Positions 19,056 through 29,053 of a stretch of 64,000 nt of DNA are shown in pieces. The position numbers and the translations under genes were made by a program. Origin of the DNA: Methanobacteriota archaeon (GTDB lineage: Archaea; Thermoplasmatota; Thermoplasmata; SG8-5; JAGLSY01); assembly GCA_020696385.1 (NCBI GenBank), contig JAEHCQ010000002.1, positions 224,001 to 288,000 on the forward strand, written 5' to 3'. The notes beneath the pieces were generated by a model. That model did not search any database. It saw only the letters and a list, made by a program, of their open reading frames with translations, and was not told the origin of the DNA. Within the stretch, counting starts at the first letter, position 1. Each line of letters begins with the position of its first letter.

Positions 19056-20414
19056 ATGACTCGATTATTTGGAACAAATGGTATCAGGTGGCGTCCTGAC
19101 AGCGAGAAGGATCACAATTTCCCAGTGGAACTGGGATTGGCGATCGGCACTTATTTTGGAAAAGGTAGCACTATTTGTATGGGCAGGGACACCAGGATCA
19201 CCGGGCCAGTGATATCGGCCGGTGTTGCATCTGGAATACTATCAACAGGTTGTAGTATCATTGATGTTGGTGTTGTACCCACACCAACAGTTCAATATGG
19301 CGTCCGAATACTGGGTGTCGCAGGGGGTGTGATGATCACAGCCTCCCATAATCCTCCCGAGTTCAATGGTCTCAAATGTATTGACAATGACGGCACGGAG
19401 ATGGCCAGAGATAAGGAAGAGGAAATAGAAAAGATCTATTATTCCAAGGAATTTCAATATGCCAGATGGGACGAAGTGGGTAAATTCAAGGCCAATGATG
19501 AGATTAGTTTCGCCCACATGGATCATATTTCATCACTTATAGTTCCAGACTCTGGATGGAAGAAATTGAAAGTGGTGATCGATTGCTCCAATGGGCCAGC
19601 AGGAAAGTTCACACCCAAAATCCTCAGAGATATGGGATGCGATGTCCACACGATCAACGCACAGCCAGATGGAATGTTCCCTGGCAGATTGCCCGAACCA
19701 TTGGAGAAGAACCTAAGCGGCCTCATGAATGCGGTTGTGAATGCGGGAGCTGATCTTGGTATAGCTCATGATGGAGATGCGGACAGAGCGACATTCGTTG
19801 ATGAGAAGGGAAATTACATCAACGGGGACGAAAGCCTCGCCGTGTTCACGATAGACAGCCTGGCAACGGAGAAAGGAAAGGTCGTTGTACCCGTCAATAC
19901 CTCCAGAAAGGTCATTGACTCCATAGTTGAAAACGATGGAGAGGTTGAACTCACCCCCATTGGATCTCCCGTGATCGCCCGAAGGATGAAGATGGTCAAT
20001 GCCAGAGTGGGTGGGGAAGGCAATGGTGGAGTGATATTCCCCGAGAACATGCTATGCAGGGACGGCATCATGACCGCGGCAAAGATGGTGGAGATACTGG
20101 CCACTAGCGATCTGAAGCTTTCCGAGATGGTGGAGAACCTTCCAGATTATACCATAATAAGATCCAAGTTCACCTGCCCTGATGATCTAAAGACCAAGGT
20201 ACTGGACGATGTCAAGAAGGCGATGTCAGACCTCGAGGTCATTGACATTGATGGGGTAAAGATAGAGGGGGAGAACTGGTGGGTTTTGCTCAGACCATCA
20301 GGTACCGAACCCATATTCAGGGTCACTGCCGAAGCAAAGGATCCAGAGATGGCGCAGAATAAGCTGGACGAGTTCAAAGTCCTGCTGAAAAAGATAATTG
20401 AAGAATTATCTTGA
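19056..20414 (+). CDS. glmM: Phosphohexomutase (phosphoglucosamine/phosphomanno-mutase family)
   Basis: FGTNGIR, TASHNP, DGDADR and RPSGTEP. Confidence 0.9.
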   Translation: MTRLFGTNGIRWRPDSEKDHNFPVELGLAIGTYFGKGSTICMGRDTRITGPVISAGVASGILSTGCSIIDVGVVPTPTVQYGVRILGVAGGVMITASHNPPEFNGLKCIDNDGTEMARDKEEEIEKIYYSKEFQYARWDEVGKFKANDEISFAHMDHISSLIVPDSGWKKLKVVIDCSNGPAGKFTPKILRDMGCDVHTINAQPDGMFPGRLPEPLEKNLSGLMNAVVNAGADLGIAHDGDADRATFVDEKGNYINGDESLAVFTIDSLATEKGKVVVPVNTSRKVIDSIVENDGEVELTPIGSPVIARRMKMVNARVGGEGNGGVIFPENMLCRDGIMTAAKMVEILATSDLKLSEMVENLPDYTIIRSKFTCPDDLKTKVLDDVKKAMSDLEVIDIDGVKIEGENWWVLLRPSGTEPIFRVTAEAKDPEMAQNKLDEFKVLLKKIIEELS

Positions 20415-20431
20415 ATTATCTTGAATTATCT
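20403..20431 (+). repeat. GAATTATCT(T) x3 across the glmM stop
   Basis: 10-bp period direct repeat. Confidence 0.85.
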
Positions 20432-20508
20432 CTGATTATATTTTTCAGGAATTGTCCTGATCTTCTTTGGTTTTAATATTTTTTCTTTCCTTGAAGATCA
20501 TTGAGTGA

Positions 20509-22929
20509 TTAAGTTAATTTATCCAATTCAAGTAGTTCAAGCATATCTTTCATTTCTTGTGCCAGTTTTTGCTTGTTCTCGTCCGAGATAGAGCTGTCAA
20601 TTACGCCAGACATGGCCTTGATCTCATTTGTGAGAATATTGGCAAGGTCTTCTCTAACTGCCTTCGAGGTTTCAGCATGGGTGCTTGGCTCCTTAAAGAT
20701 GTTCACGCTATTTTCGAGCCATTTTGAACATGCTCTAGAATGATAGCAAAAAAGATTATGGGTCAATGCAAGTAAATCACCCTCGCCTGTTTTTTTGGCC
20801 ATTTTATAGGCCTCCATATTCTTTTCATGGGACAGATTTTCCTTGCCAAGCTTAATGTACATGACCGAAAGCACGCTCAGGGTGTTTATGGTCTGGGACC
20901 ATCGCCCAGATTTGTAAGTGATGTCCAGTGCCTCTTTACAGTGCTCAACCCCTTTTTCATATTCCTCCTGGTGATATGAAAGCATAGCCATATGCCATAA
21001 AATATCAGGTTTGGAAGAAGCAATTCCAGCATTATTGGCAATACCATATGCTTCTTTCAGTATCTCATCAGAGCCCTGCAAATCACCCTGAGACATCTGA
21101 ATATAGGCCATATTTACCATCACCTTGATTTTCAGATTGAGGTTATTATGTAAATCACAAAGCTTTACCAATTCTTGGAATATTTTCCATGCAATTTCGT
21201 TTTTTCCTTTCCGTAGGTAAAACACCCCTTTTGTGTTGATAACCCATGCAAGATTATCATAATCCTTTGCAGAACTTAGAGCCTCTTCAGCTATTTCCAA
21301 ATATGATATTGCTGTACTAAAATCGCCTGCTTTATTGGTAATATGTCCCAGGTACTTGTATGCAAGGCCACGATATTTATCAGATTTACTGATTTCTAAT
21401 AGGTTTAACAGTTCATTTACATGCTTCTCAACATCATGCCAGTGACTGTCTTCCTCTAGTTCTATGGCATTCAATAAGAATTGGGATTTATCATCAATAT
21501 CATGGGAAAATTCATAGGCAGCCAACCACATTCGAGTGGCCCCCTCCCGGTTGAAATTATTTATATATATCTCGGCGCAGGAAGAAGCATGTTTTACTGC
21601 TTTGCTTTTGTACTCTGGCTTCTTTTCAGCAAGCCAGCAGAACAATTCAGCCAATACTATTGTTTTCTCCGGATTATTTATCTCCAGAGCCAGTGCCCCG
21701 GATTCTGTGATTTTCATTATTTCGTCCTTTTCCATTTCATCCAGAACACTTTCTCCAATTGATGGGGTCAGGTGCTGGCCGGAGCCTGAAATAAAACCAG
21801 ATCTAATCATTTCTTCAAGAGCGTTTGAAATAATGTTTCTATCAAGCCTGGTGGAATCTTTAAGTGTGTTCGTATCCAGGGTTCCCAATATGGCCCCATG
21901 ACGAAGAATGACATTCACTGTTCCCCTGTTCTCCTGAGATATTTTTTCGATCATCTGGCTTATATCGATCTCTGATTCCTGCCTCATTGATGTTGAATAT
22001 TCTAGAGCTCCTATCAAATTTATTATTTCTTTCAAATTGCCATCCAGAGAGTCTAGAGCTCCATGGGTTCCCAAAAAAAGAACCTTGGAGGATTCAAGGT
22101 TTCTAAGAACATATGAAAGAAGCTGTAATGACGTAATATCTGCCTTGTCCAGATCCTCGGCAATGATCACAAGAGTTCCATCTCTGGATTGTTTTTCCAC
22201 TATGTTCAGAACATCATCATACATCTTCGATCTGTGCTGATTCATTTGTTGGAAGTCCCATTCACCCTCATATTGTTTTGATGCGAAGAAGCTGTCAAAT
22301 ACCGGGGCCTCAATGCCTTCAACGTCGCTGACAGAACCATTCCATTTTGCAAGCATATCTTGGTTCGCCCCTTCGATCTGAGCAAGAATCCTTCTCATCT
22401 CCGAAATAAGCTGGTCCGGGGTGGAGCCTGATAAGATCAAAGTAAGATTTAGCAAATTACCAGAGCATACAAGTATTTTATATCCCTGCATTTCAAATCT
22501 CTCAACACCCTGTTCTGAAAGTTCCTTGCCAGCATGCATTGACAAGGAATCCTTGACAAAATTCCGAACTGCGGCCATCATGGCACTTATTATATCAGGA
22601 TCCAGTGAACTATTGTCCCTACTTACAGTTCCCAGGTTCATTCCATTTTCATCAGCAAGCAATGCCAATTCAATTCGAGGAGGTTTTTCAATGTTTAGGA
22701 TCTTTTTCTTATTTCCTGGAAGTAATTGTTCAAAGGGAAGCTGGCTTCTGTCTCCAAAATAGGCATTCCAGATATTCGCACCTGCCATATCAGCGGTGTC
22801 CATGGCGTTCATCACAGGCAATATCGATGCGCCTGGTTCCTTTTCAATAAGAATTATCTGGGGTTCACTGGCCTCTGCCTTGTCAAAATATTCGATAAAC
22901 AATTTTTGAAACTCATCAGAAAAAACCAT
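20509..22929 (-). CDS. Degenerate STAND/AAA-like ATPase with inserted longin/roadblock-like domain and TPR repeats
   Basis: LVIIAEDLDKAD..SLQLL.Y..R Walker-B-like region; DPDIISAMMAAVRNFVKDSL motif; C-terminal TPR-like helices. Confidence 0.65.
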   Translation of the reverse strand: MVFSDEFQKLFIEYFDKAEASEPQIILIEKEPGASILPVMNAMDTADMAGANIWNAYFGDRSQLPFEQLLPGNKKKILNIEKPPRIELALLADENGMNLGTVSRDNSSLDPDIISAMMAAVRNFVKDSLSMHAGKELSEQGVERFEMQGYKILVCSGNLLNLTLILSGSTPDQLISEMRRILAQIEGANQDMLAKWNGSVSDVEGIEAPVFDSFFASKQYEGEWDFQQMNQHRSKMYDDVLNIVEKQSRDGTLVIIAEDLDKADITSLQLLSYVLRNLESSKVLFLGTHGALDSLDGNLKEIINLIGALEYSTSMRQESEIDISQMIEKISQENRGTVNVILRHGAILGTLDTNTLKDSTRLDRNIISNALEEMIRSGFISGSGQHLTPSIGESVLDEMEKDEIMKITESGALALEINNPEKTIVLAELFCWLAEKKPEYKSKAVKHASSCAEIYINNFNREGATRMWLAAYEFSHDIDDKSQFLLNAIELEEDSHWHDVEKHVNELLNLLEISKSDKYRGLAYKYLGHITNKAGDFSTAISYLEIAEEALSSAKDYDNLAWVINTKGVFYLRKGKNEIAWKIFQELVKLCDLHNNLNLKIKVMVNMAYIQMSQGDLQGSDEILKEAYGIANNAGIASSKPDILWHMAMLSYHQEEYEKGVEHCKEALDITYKSGRWSQTINTLSVLSVMYIKLGKENLSHEKNMEAYKMAKKTGEGDLLALTHNLFCYHSRACSKWLENSVNIFKEPSTHAETSKAVREDLANILTNEIKAMSGVIDSSISDENKQKLAQEMKDMLELLELDKLT

Positions 22930-23067
22930 GCCAATCCTCGTAACCTATACCAGTAAATCGATTGACTATATTTATACATTGGGGGTTTTGTTTGGTACTT
23001 CGATATATGAATATCCGAGTTCTATATTATTGGATCTCTGTATTGAGCCAGTTATATTATCCTACTC

Positions 23068-23742
23068 CTATTTTTCCTTCATATTCTTAGTCATTTTCCT
23101 TTCCTTTGATATGAGTGAGAACTCGCCAACAATATACCCCAGGGCGATGCCGATCACAATACCCGCGATCATGCCTGTTATTAGCCTTATAAGATTAGTG
23201 CTCTCATAACTGTCGAACAACATCTGGGTTGTCCCATCTATGCCCATCGGCACCAGGCCAAGAATTATCCAGAAGATATTCAATTCCATTGAGAAAAAGA
23301 CAATGGCGAAAACACCTATGGCCAGACCCATGAATATGGCAATATCTCGAGCGCAGAAGGGCATTTGATTATCATTCAGGAAATAAGAACGGCTAGCTTT
23401 TTGATGACAATTCACATCCCCTGCATCGTAGAAGAATTTAGCTAACGGATTGTCTATCTGGGATATGGTGTAAGTGAAATCCCTGGTACCCACGACACCA
23501 TCGTCGCCAAGGTCGATGGTGCCAGCATCCACAAGGTATGGGGAAAAGGCAGACCCCAAGAACCATAGTAGAGTTAGAACGAATACGATGAGGATGGGGA
23601 CATGTGGGCTTTCTCTCCGGAATATCTCTGGACGTTCCAGTAATTCTTTCAGAGATGCCATTATGTCCATGCTGTCTTCAAGGTCATTTTGATAGATAAC
23701 TCTTGCCCAGAGAAAGAGGTATGAGCCGATGGAACCGCTCAC
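23068..23742 (-). CDS. DUF2085 family membrane protein
   Basis: CHQKASRS, QMPFCAR and PMGIDGTTQ....YESTN..RL.TG. Confidence 0.85.
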   Translation of the reverse strand: MSGSIGSYLFLWARVIYQNDLEDSMDIMASLKELLERPEIFRRESPHVPILIVFVLTLLWFLGSAFSPYLVDAGTIDLGDDGVVGTRDFTYTISQIDNPLAKFFYDAGDVNCHQKASRSYFLNDNQMPFCARDIAIFMGLAIGVFAIVFFSMELNIFWIILGLVPMGIDGTTQMLFDSYESTNLIRLITGMIAGIVIGIALGYIVGEFSLISKERKMTKNMKEK

Positions 23743-24914
23743 TCGCCGATCTTCTCACCGCATTCTTTACAGAACTTGGCATCACTGGCCAGCTCGGCAT
23801 TGCACTTTGGGCATTGAACCTTGGTTGGTGCTCCACATTCATCACAGAACTTAGCATCACTGTCTATCTGAGCATCGCATTTCGCACAGTTGGCCGTGTC
23901 CTGAGAGGTTATCGTGTTTCCGCATTCCTTGCAGAATTTCGCGTCACTGGCCAGCAGCTCTCCACAATGTGGGCATTTGACCTTCACCTCGGTTTGTGGT
24001 TCAGATCCTTGTTGCATCCCCTGGCTCATCGCGCCTCCCATTCCAAGACCCATTCCGGCTCCCGCGCCGAGGCCTGCCAAAGCTGTGGCTCCACTATCGC
24101 CGCCTTTGGCCGCACCTTCTCCAACACCCTCAATGGCCTTCCCGGTCTGGTATTGCATATAATTGACACCCAGAGCACCCATCGCACCCCTCTTGTCAAT
24201 GGCTTCCTGCACTTCCTTTGGAGGTGTGATCGTCAGGCCAGCCAGGTTCATGATCTTCAGACCGTATTGAGATATTTCCCCGGTCATTTTGCTGAGTACC
24301 AATTGCTCGATCTCCTGAAGATAAGCTGGCATCTCGACAAGTGCCATATTCTTGTCCTTCTTCAGCTCGCCGAGGGCGTCGTTCACGGTCTGGATCAGTT
24401 CGGTCTTCAGCCATTCGATCACCTGCTGGCTGGAACTGTATCCCCGTGTTCCGATGAATTGTGTTATGAATTGTATGGGGTCTGTCACCTTGTATGCGAA
24501 ATTTCCAAATACCCTTATTCTCACCATGCCGAAATCCTGATCTTTGAAGACCAGTGGCTCGGCTGTGCCGAATTTACCTCTGAACTCCCTTCTCTGAAGA
24601 TAATAAACCTCTCCCAATTGCTTCACACCAGTGATCGCTGAGCCAAGTGATGTGAGGATCGGTAGGTTCTGGGTCGTGAGTGCGAACCTTCCTGGCTGGT
24701 CGAAGACATGCATTGCCTTTCCATCCCTGAAGAAGACCGCGAACTCATCCTCATTTACCACGATATTGTCATTGTAATAGATATTCGTGGGTATCTTGTA
24801 AAGGATATTCTCACCTTTGTATTCCAATGGCCATGAGTATGTGTTCCTGGCCACATCGCCTTTCGTGCTCTTTCCTCTATTGAATATTCCCAATTTATCA
24901 CCTCTCCATTTCAC
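23739..24914 (-). CDS. SPFH (YdjI-like) protein with C-terminal double zinc ribbons
   Basis: V.EDE.AVFFRDGK, PGRF.L.T.NLP, Gly/Met linker and three CxxC...AKFCxxCG units. Confidence 0.88.
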   Translation of the reverse strand: MKWRGDKLGIFNRGKSTKGDVARNTYSWPLEYKGENILYKIPTNIYYNDNIVVNEDEFAVFFRDGKAMHVFDQPGRFALTTQNLPILTSLGSAITGVKQLGEVYYLQRREFRGKFGTAEPLVFKDQDFGMVRIRVFGNFAYKVTDPIQFITQFIGTRGYSSSQQVIEWLKTELIQTVNDALGELKKDKNMALVEMPAYLQEIEQLVLSKMTGEISQYGLKIMNLAGLTITPPKEVQEAIDKRGAMGALGVNYMQYQTGKAIEGVGEGAAKGGDSGATALAGLGAGAGMGLGMGGAMSQGMQQGSEPQTEVKVKCPHCGELLASDAKFCKECGNTITSQDTANCAKCDAQIDSDAKFCDECGAPTKVQCPKCNAELASDAKFCKECGEKIGE

Positions 24915-25453
24915 TCCAGTACAAGCAATCCCGCAATTGCTTCCCGTCTTTTATCAAATAATTCCTCGAACTTGTTAAGGGCTTCCTTCGCGATATCGAT
25001 GCCTTTGCACGCATCATCCTTATTACTGGATGATGTGGCATTTTTCAGTTTTTCCGATGCGCCTTTGACATTATCAATATTGTATATGAGGCTAAGATCC
25101 CAATCATACATATTGAAAAGCTGGCCTTGCTGTATACGATAGTCTGGAGATACACCAGTGTATCCCTGTTCCGCATGCCTTATCTTGTTCATGGCGGCTG
25201 ATGTGAGGTTTATCAACTTCCCGATATCATCCAGGCACTCGATATCATTGTTGGATACTAAATTATCCCTGGATGCCTCGAGGTCTTTGACCGCGTGGCC
25301 CAGCTTATCAGCCAGTTGCTCCCTGAGGAGGCGATCGGCTATCCGCAGGTCCTCTTTCTCCCTGTAACCCTTGAAACCTGGAATTACCAGCTGTATCTTC
25401 TTCAATAATCCTCTGTCATCCTCAACTTTCTGTCTGAGATCCGTCATTTTCAA
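24911..25453 (-). CDS. Conserved helical hypothetical protein coupled to the SPFH gene
   Basis: IPGFKGY.EKE..R.AD motif; 4-nt overlap with the SPFH gene. Confidence 0.75.
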   Translation of the reverse strand: MKMTDLRQKVEDDRGLLKKIQLVIPGFKGYREKEDLRIADRLLREQLADKLGHAVKDLEASRDNLVSNNDIECLDDIGKLINLTSAAMNKIRHAEQGYTGVSPDYRIQQGQLFNMYDWDLSLIYNIDNVKGASEKLKNATSSSNKDDACKGIDIAKEALNKFEELFDKRREAIAGLLVLE

Positions 25454-25541
25454 TCCCCTATCTAATGAAGTTAAGCCTGATTGAGTATATTAACTTTGTT
25501 TCGGCATGCCCATGATTCCGATCATCGAAAGCTGTATCATA

Positions 25542-26675
25542 TCAACCCTTTTTCTTCAAAGATATGACAGCCAGTGCTAGAAGGACCAATGCGAATATCA
25601 CCAATGCCACCATATCCATCCATATCATGTCCAGACCCCAACCCCTTATCATGACGGACCTTGCGGCCGTTATTGAATATGAAGGAGGAACAAAATAGCT
25701 GGCGGGTCTGAGCCATGCAGGTATTGCTTCCAATGGCCAGAACACTCCCGAAAGAAGGAAGGCGGGCATGACTATCAATGGAAGGAACTGGGCTGCTTGG
25801 GCTTCTCTTTGCGCAAATGATGATAGTAGAATTCCCAGGGCCTGGCAAACTATAGCCAGCAGGGCGACGACCGCGAATACCAAGAGAATATTACCTTCTA
25901 TCATGACATCGAATGCCAGAATACCCACGACTATCATGAATATCGATTGGAGAGTTCCCACAATGCTGAATGTCAATGCATAACCTGATACTATCTCCGA
26001 TTCTCTGAGTGGTGTGGCCAGTACTCTTGACAATGTACCACTGACACGCTCGCCGATGAAGGCCATGAGCGTGAGGAGAGTGGTGAATAAATAGACAGCG
26101 AAGCTGACTATCCCGGGAACGAAGAAGTCCATGAATTCCGCGTTCTGGCCGTATACCTCGGTTCTTTCCACGGTGACTGGCAGGCTCCCTCCATTCTCTT
26201 CCATGGTTGCCATTAATGCGGAATTGACCTCTATGATTATTGCCTCTGCCAGGTTCACATTGCTCATATCGATATACAGCTCGATCTCCGAGCTGGCATT
26301 GGTGAATGGGATTATACTAGCCATTGTATTTGCCGTATAATTCTCTGAGAAATATATGACAGCCCAGGCATCTCCAGCCTCTAGGCTATCAATTGCCGTG
26401 GCCAGATCATCACTTTCCTGAATATCCAGCGTATCATGGTCTATATTATCTATCACCTGATCTGCAAAATCAATGTTTCCCACTACCGGAATGTCCATGC
26501 CATTATCGTGATTGACAATAATGACGCCTATATTCTCCACCTCTCCACTGAAGGCCAGTCCAAAAACTGCCATTGAGAAAAGAGGGGCGATGATTATCAG
26601 GGCAAGACTTCGTTTGTCATTCTTCAGGTCGATGAAAACTCTTTTACTGACTGCCAGTATTCTTCCAATATCCAT
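25542..26675 (-). CDS. ABC-2 type permease
   Basis: Six TM segments, ER.SGTL.R.LATP and LSGVFWP. Confidence 0.92.
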   Translation of the reverse strand: MDIGRILAVSKRVFIDLKNDKRSLALIIIAPLFSMAVFGLAFSGEVENIGVIIVNHDNGMDIPVVGNIDFADQVIDNIDHDTLDIQESDDLATAIDSLEAGDAWAVIYFSENYTANTMASIIPFTNASSEIELYIDMSNVNLAEAIIIEVNSALMATMEENGGSLPVTVERTEVYGQNAEFMDFFVPGIVSFAVYLFTTLLTLMAFIGERVSGTLSRVLATPLRESEIVSGYALTFSIVGTLQSIFMIVVGILAFDVMIEGNILLVFAVVALLAIVCQALGILLSSFAQREAQAAQFLPLIVMPAFLLSGVFWPLEAIPAWLRPASYFVPPSYSITAARSVMIRGWGLDMIWMDMVALVIFALVLLALAVISLKKKG

Positions 26676-26781
26676 TATGGATCACCTCTCTCTGTTCGGA
26701 GATCTCGTATGTGAGAACTGTGTTCACACATATGAAGCTTCGAACCACGCTCGAAGGTCTGAATGCGATCGCCATGCTCTC

Positions 26782-27540
26782 TCATTCAACCCCACCTCCA
26801 TCAGGCATGCGACCGTCGGAGGTCTCCCCAATGGTCGCATAATGAAGGAAAGCGTCCTCCAAATTATCCGTGCCAGTGTCTTTCATTATCTCATACGGTA
26901 TGCCTTCGGCAATTAGCTTCCCCTGGCGCATGAAACCCACTCTATCACAGTTCCTGGCCTCGTCCATGTAATGGGTGGTGATAATCACGGTCGTTCCATT
27001 CTCCTTGAGCTTATTGAAATACTTCCAGAAGTTGGCCCTCAATTTCGGGTCAACGCCAACTGTTGGCTCATCAAGAAATAGAACATCGGGTTCGTGTATC
27101 AAAGTACATGCCAGACTGACACGATGTTTCATTCCGCCGCTGAGGTTCTGCACGAGTTCGTCTTTCCAATCTTCCAGATCAACAAACTTTAGCAATTCCG
27201 CTTCTTTGATAGCTATCTGCTCTTTCGACATACCGAATAATTTTCCGAAGAATTCCATATTCTGATGGACCGTGAGACCGATGTACATCGCGGTCTCCTG
27301 AGGCATGAAGCCGATATTACTGGCTATCTGCTTGTTGGGGATCTCAGCATCAAGAACCTGAGCCGTGCCCGATGTCTTTTTCAGCAAACCCACAAGGACC
27401 TTGATGGCCGTTGTCTTCCCGGCACCATTCGGGCCAAGTAGTCCATATATCTCGCCCTTGATCACTTGCAGTTCCAAACCATCCAGTGCCTTGAAGTCTC
27501 CATAGTTCTTTGTCAATTTATCTGTCTTAACTGCCAACAT
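26782..27540 (-). CDS. ABC transporter ATP-binding protein
   Basis: GPNGAGKT, LSGGM, LDEPT and TTHYM. Confidence 0.96.
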   Translation of the reverse strand: MLAVKTDKLTKNYGDFKALDGLELQVIKGEIYGLLGPNGAGKTTAIKVLVGLLKKTSGTAQVLDAEIPNKQIASNIGFMPQETAMYIGLTVHQNMEFFGKLFGMSKEQIAIKEAELLKFVDLEDWKDELVQNLSGGMKHRVSLACTLIHEPDVLFLDEPTVGVDPKLRANFWKYFNKLKENGTTVIITTHYMDEARNCDRVGFMRQGKLIAEGIPYEIMKDTGTDNLEDAFLHYATIGETSDGRMPDGGGVE

Positions 27541-27541
27541 C

Positions 27542-28138
27542 TCAATCGCTCCTTTTTGCTACACCATTTACGAAGATCTCTGCAAATTGTCTCATTCCAT
27601 CATCTGTTCTATTTTTCATAAATATGTCATCACCCAGGAAGGCGGTGGTCACTAGGATTCTGAATAAATAACTGAAGAAAGCGATGGCCATTATCTCGGA
27701 ATCCACATCATTTCTCACAATGCCCATCGTTTTGGCCTTGTCGAAGTATTTTTCCAGCATGTCGATGGCCGCCATTGGTACAGCTCCAATATGATCGAAT
27801 ATCTCCGGGTATCTATTAACTTCCATCACCATTAGTTTGAAGAAGTTGGCCTTTCCCAACATTCCTCGGGACATGAAACTGCCTATCATTGTCAATTCAT
27901 TAACAAGATCACCCGATGGTTCGATCTCATGTTGAATTATCTCAAACCTGACCATCGCCTCACGGTCGATCACTGCCAGAAACAGTTTCTCTTTGGATTC
28001 AAAATGCCTGAAAAGTGTAACTTCATTCACGCTGGCCTTTTCTGCAATTGCCTTTGTCGTTGTGGCCTTTAATCCATCTTGAGAAATCAATTCAAGTGCC
28101 GCGTCCAGTATCTGAGTCTTTGTGTCTGTTTTTGCCAT
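27542..28138 (-). CDS. TetR/AcrR family regulator
   Basis: ILDAALELI...G...TT.AIAEKA.VNEVTLFRHF.SKE.L. Confidence 0.93.
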   Translation of the reverse strand: MAKTDTKTQILDAALELISQDGLKATTTKAIAEKASVNEVTLFRHFESKEKLFLAVIDREAMVRFEIIQHEIEPSGDLVNELTMIGSFMSRGMLGKANFFKLMVMEVNRYPEIFDHIGAVPMAAIDMLEKYFDKAKTMGIVRNDVDSEIMAIAFFSYLFRILVTTAFLGDDIFMKNRTDDGMRQFAEIFVNGVAKRSD

Positions 28139-28157
28139 ATTATTATCCCGTTTTTGC

Positions 28158-28200
28158 ATGCAAGTGCTTACTTACATTATGGCAGATGAGGTATATAAAT
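28158..28200 (-). promoter_or_regulatory. TATA box and putative TetR operator
   Basis: TTTATATA on the minus strand at ~28192-28199; imperfect inverted repeat ATGCAAGT-N4-ACTTACAT at 28158-28177 near the expected TSS. Confidence 0.55.
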
Positions 28201-28252
28201 CTATTTATTCAATCCTCTAGGAGGGCAATTAAATGGAGAAATACTCAGCCAT

Positions 28253-28876
28253 TTACTCGAAAGGCTGACGTATGATCGTTTTCAATTTTTCCGGAGCCGT
28301 TCTCCGGAAATCACTCAGGTAGATCTCATGATGCCTGCCTCTTGGCCTACACACATTCTCTCCGATATGGTCATGGATCCTTTCTATCGTAGGCCCTTCC
28401 TCCGAGAAGGGGCCTATGTGCATTATCTGGGCTGATGGTCCTTCCTTATATTTTTCAAATCTCAATTTAGGTAATGCTGGCAGGTCTTTTTTCTTTTCTA
28501 CTTTCTGTATAGATGCCTTTACAATTTCATTGGTTATAGAAAATTCCCCATTACCAGGCTGCATTATCATAGCGGTCCATTTCCAATCATCCTTCTCATT
28601 GATATTGAACTTACTCATGTCATCCACCCACCAAAGGCCTTCCAAAGGCATGACTCCATAATCAATAGCCAGTGGGCCTTTCTTTATACTGAATTTGATA
28701 TCATAAGATACCGAGAACAAAGCCTCTATCGCGTCCTTGTAATCCTGAGAAGTGTTGGGATCTCCCTCTCCATCGATCATCAGAAAATTCAATTCCGGAA
28801 CATCTACGATTATAACGTCTTTTTTTCCGGGGCTGTATAAGTGCTTCAATTCCTTTTTGAAATCAATTTTTTTCAT
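28253..28876 (-). CDS. GyrI-like small-molecule-binding protein
   Basis: KIDFKKELK.LY, PLEGLWW, H.GPF..E and HHEIYLSD. Confidence 0.88.
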   Translation of the reverse strand: MKKIDFKKELKHLYSPGKKDVIIVDVPELNFLMIDGEGDPNTSQDYKDAIEALFSVSYDIKFSIKKGPLAIDYGVMPLEGLWWVDDMSKFNINEKDDWKWTAMIMQPGNGEFSITNEIVKASIQKVEKKKDLPALPKLRFEKYKEGPSAQIMHIGPFSEEGPTIERIHDHIGENVCRPRGRHHEIYLSDFRRTAPEKLKTIIRQPFE

Positions 28877-29053
28877 GCTATTACCAATATACATATCTGA
28901 TAAAAGTAAATAAAATTACTGGGCGAATATGGGTTCGAACTTAATGGCCAGGCTGTGGCCTATGTCATACGCTACATCGTATCCATTAAATGAAAGGGGC
29001 CCCAAACTCAGTATTTGGCTTGGGGCGATTCGTTATTTTGACCGAATATTCGA

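Noticed and set aside
28920-29053. Chain of short hairpins downstream of the surface-protein gene (also 46636-46790 and 58459-58495)
   Set aside because: The stems are short or single and share no clear motif with the repeat families; likely terminators or background.
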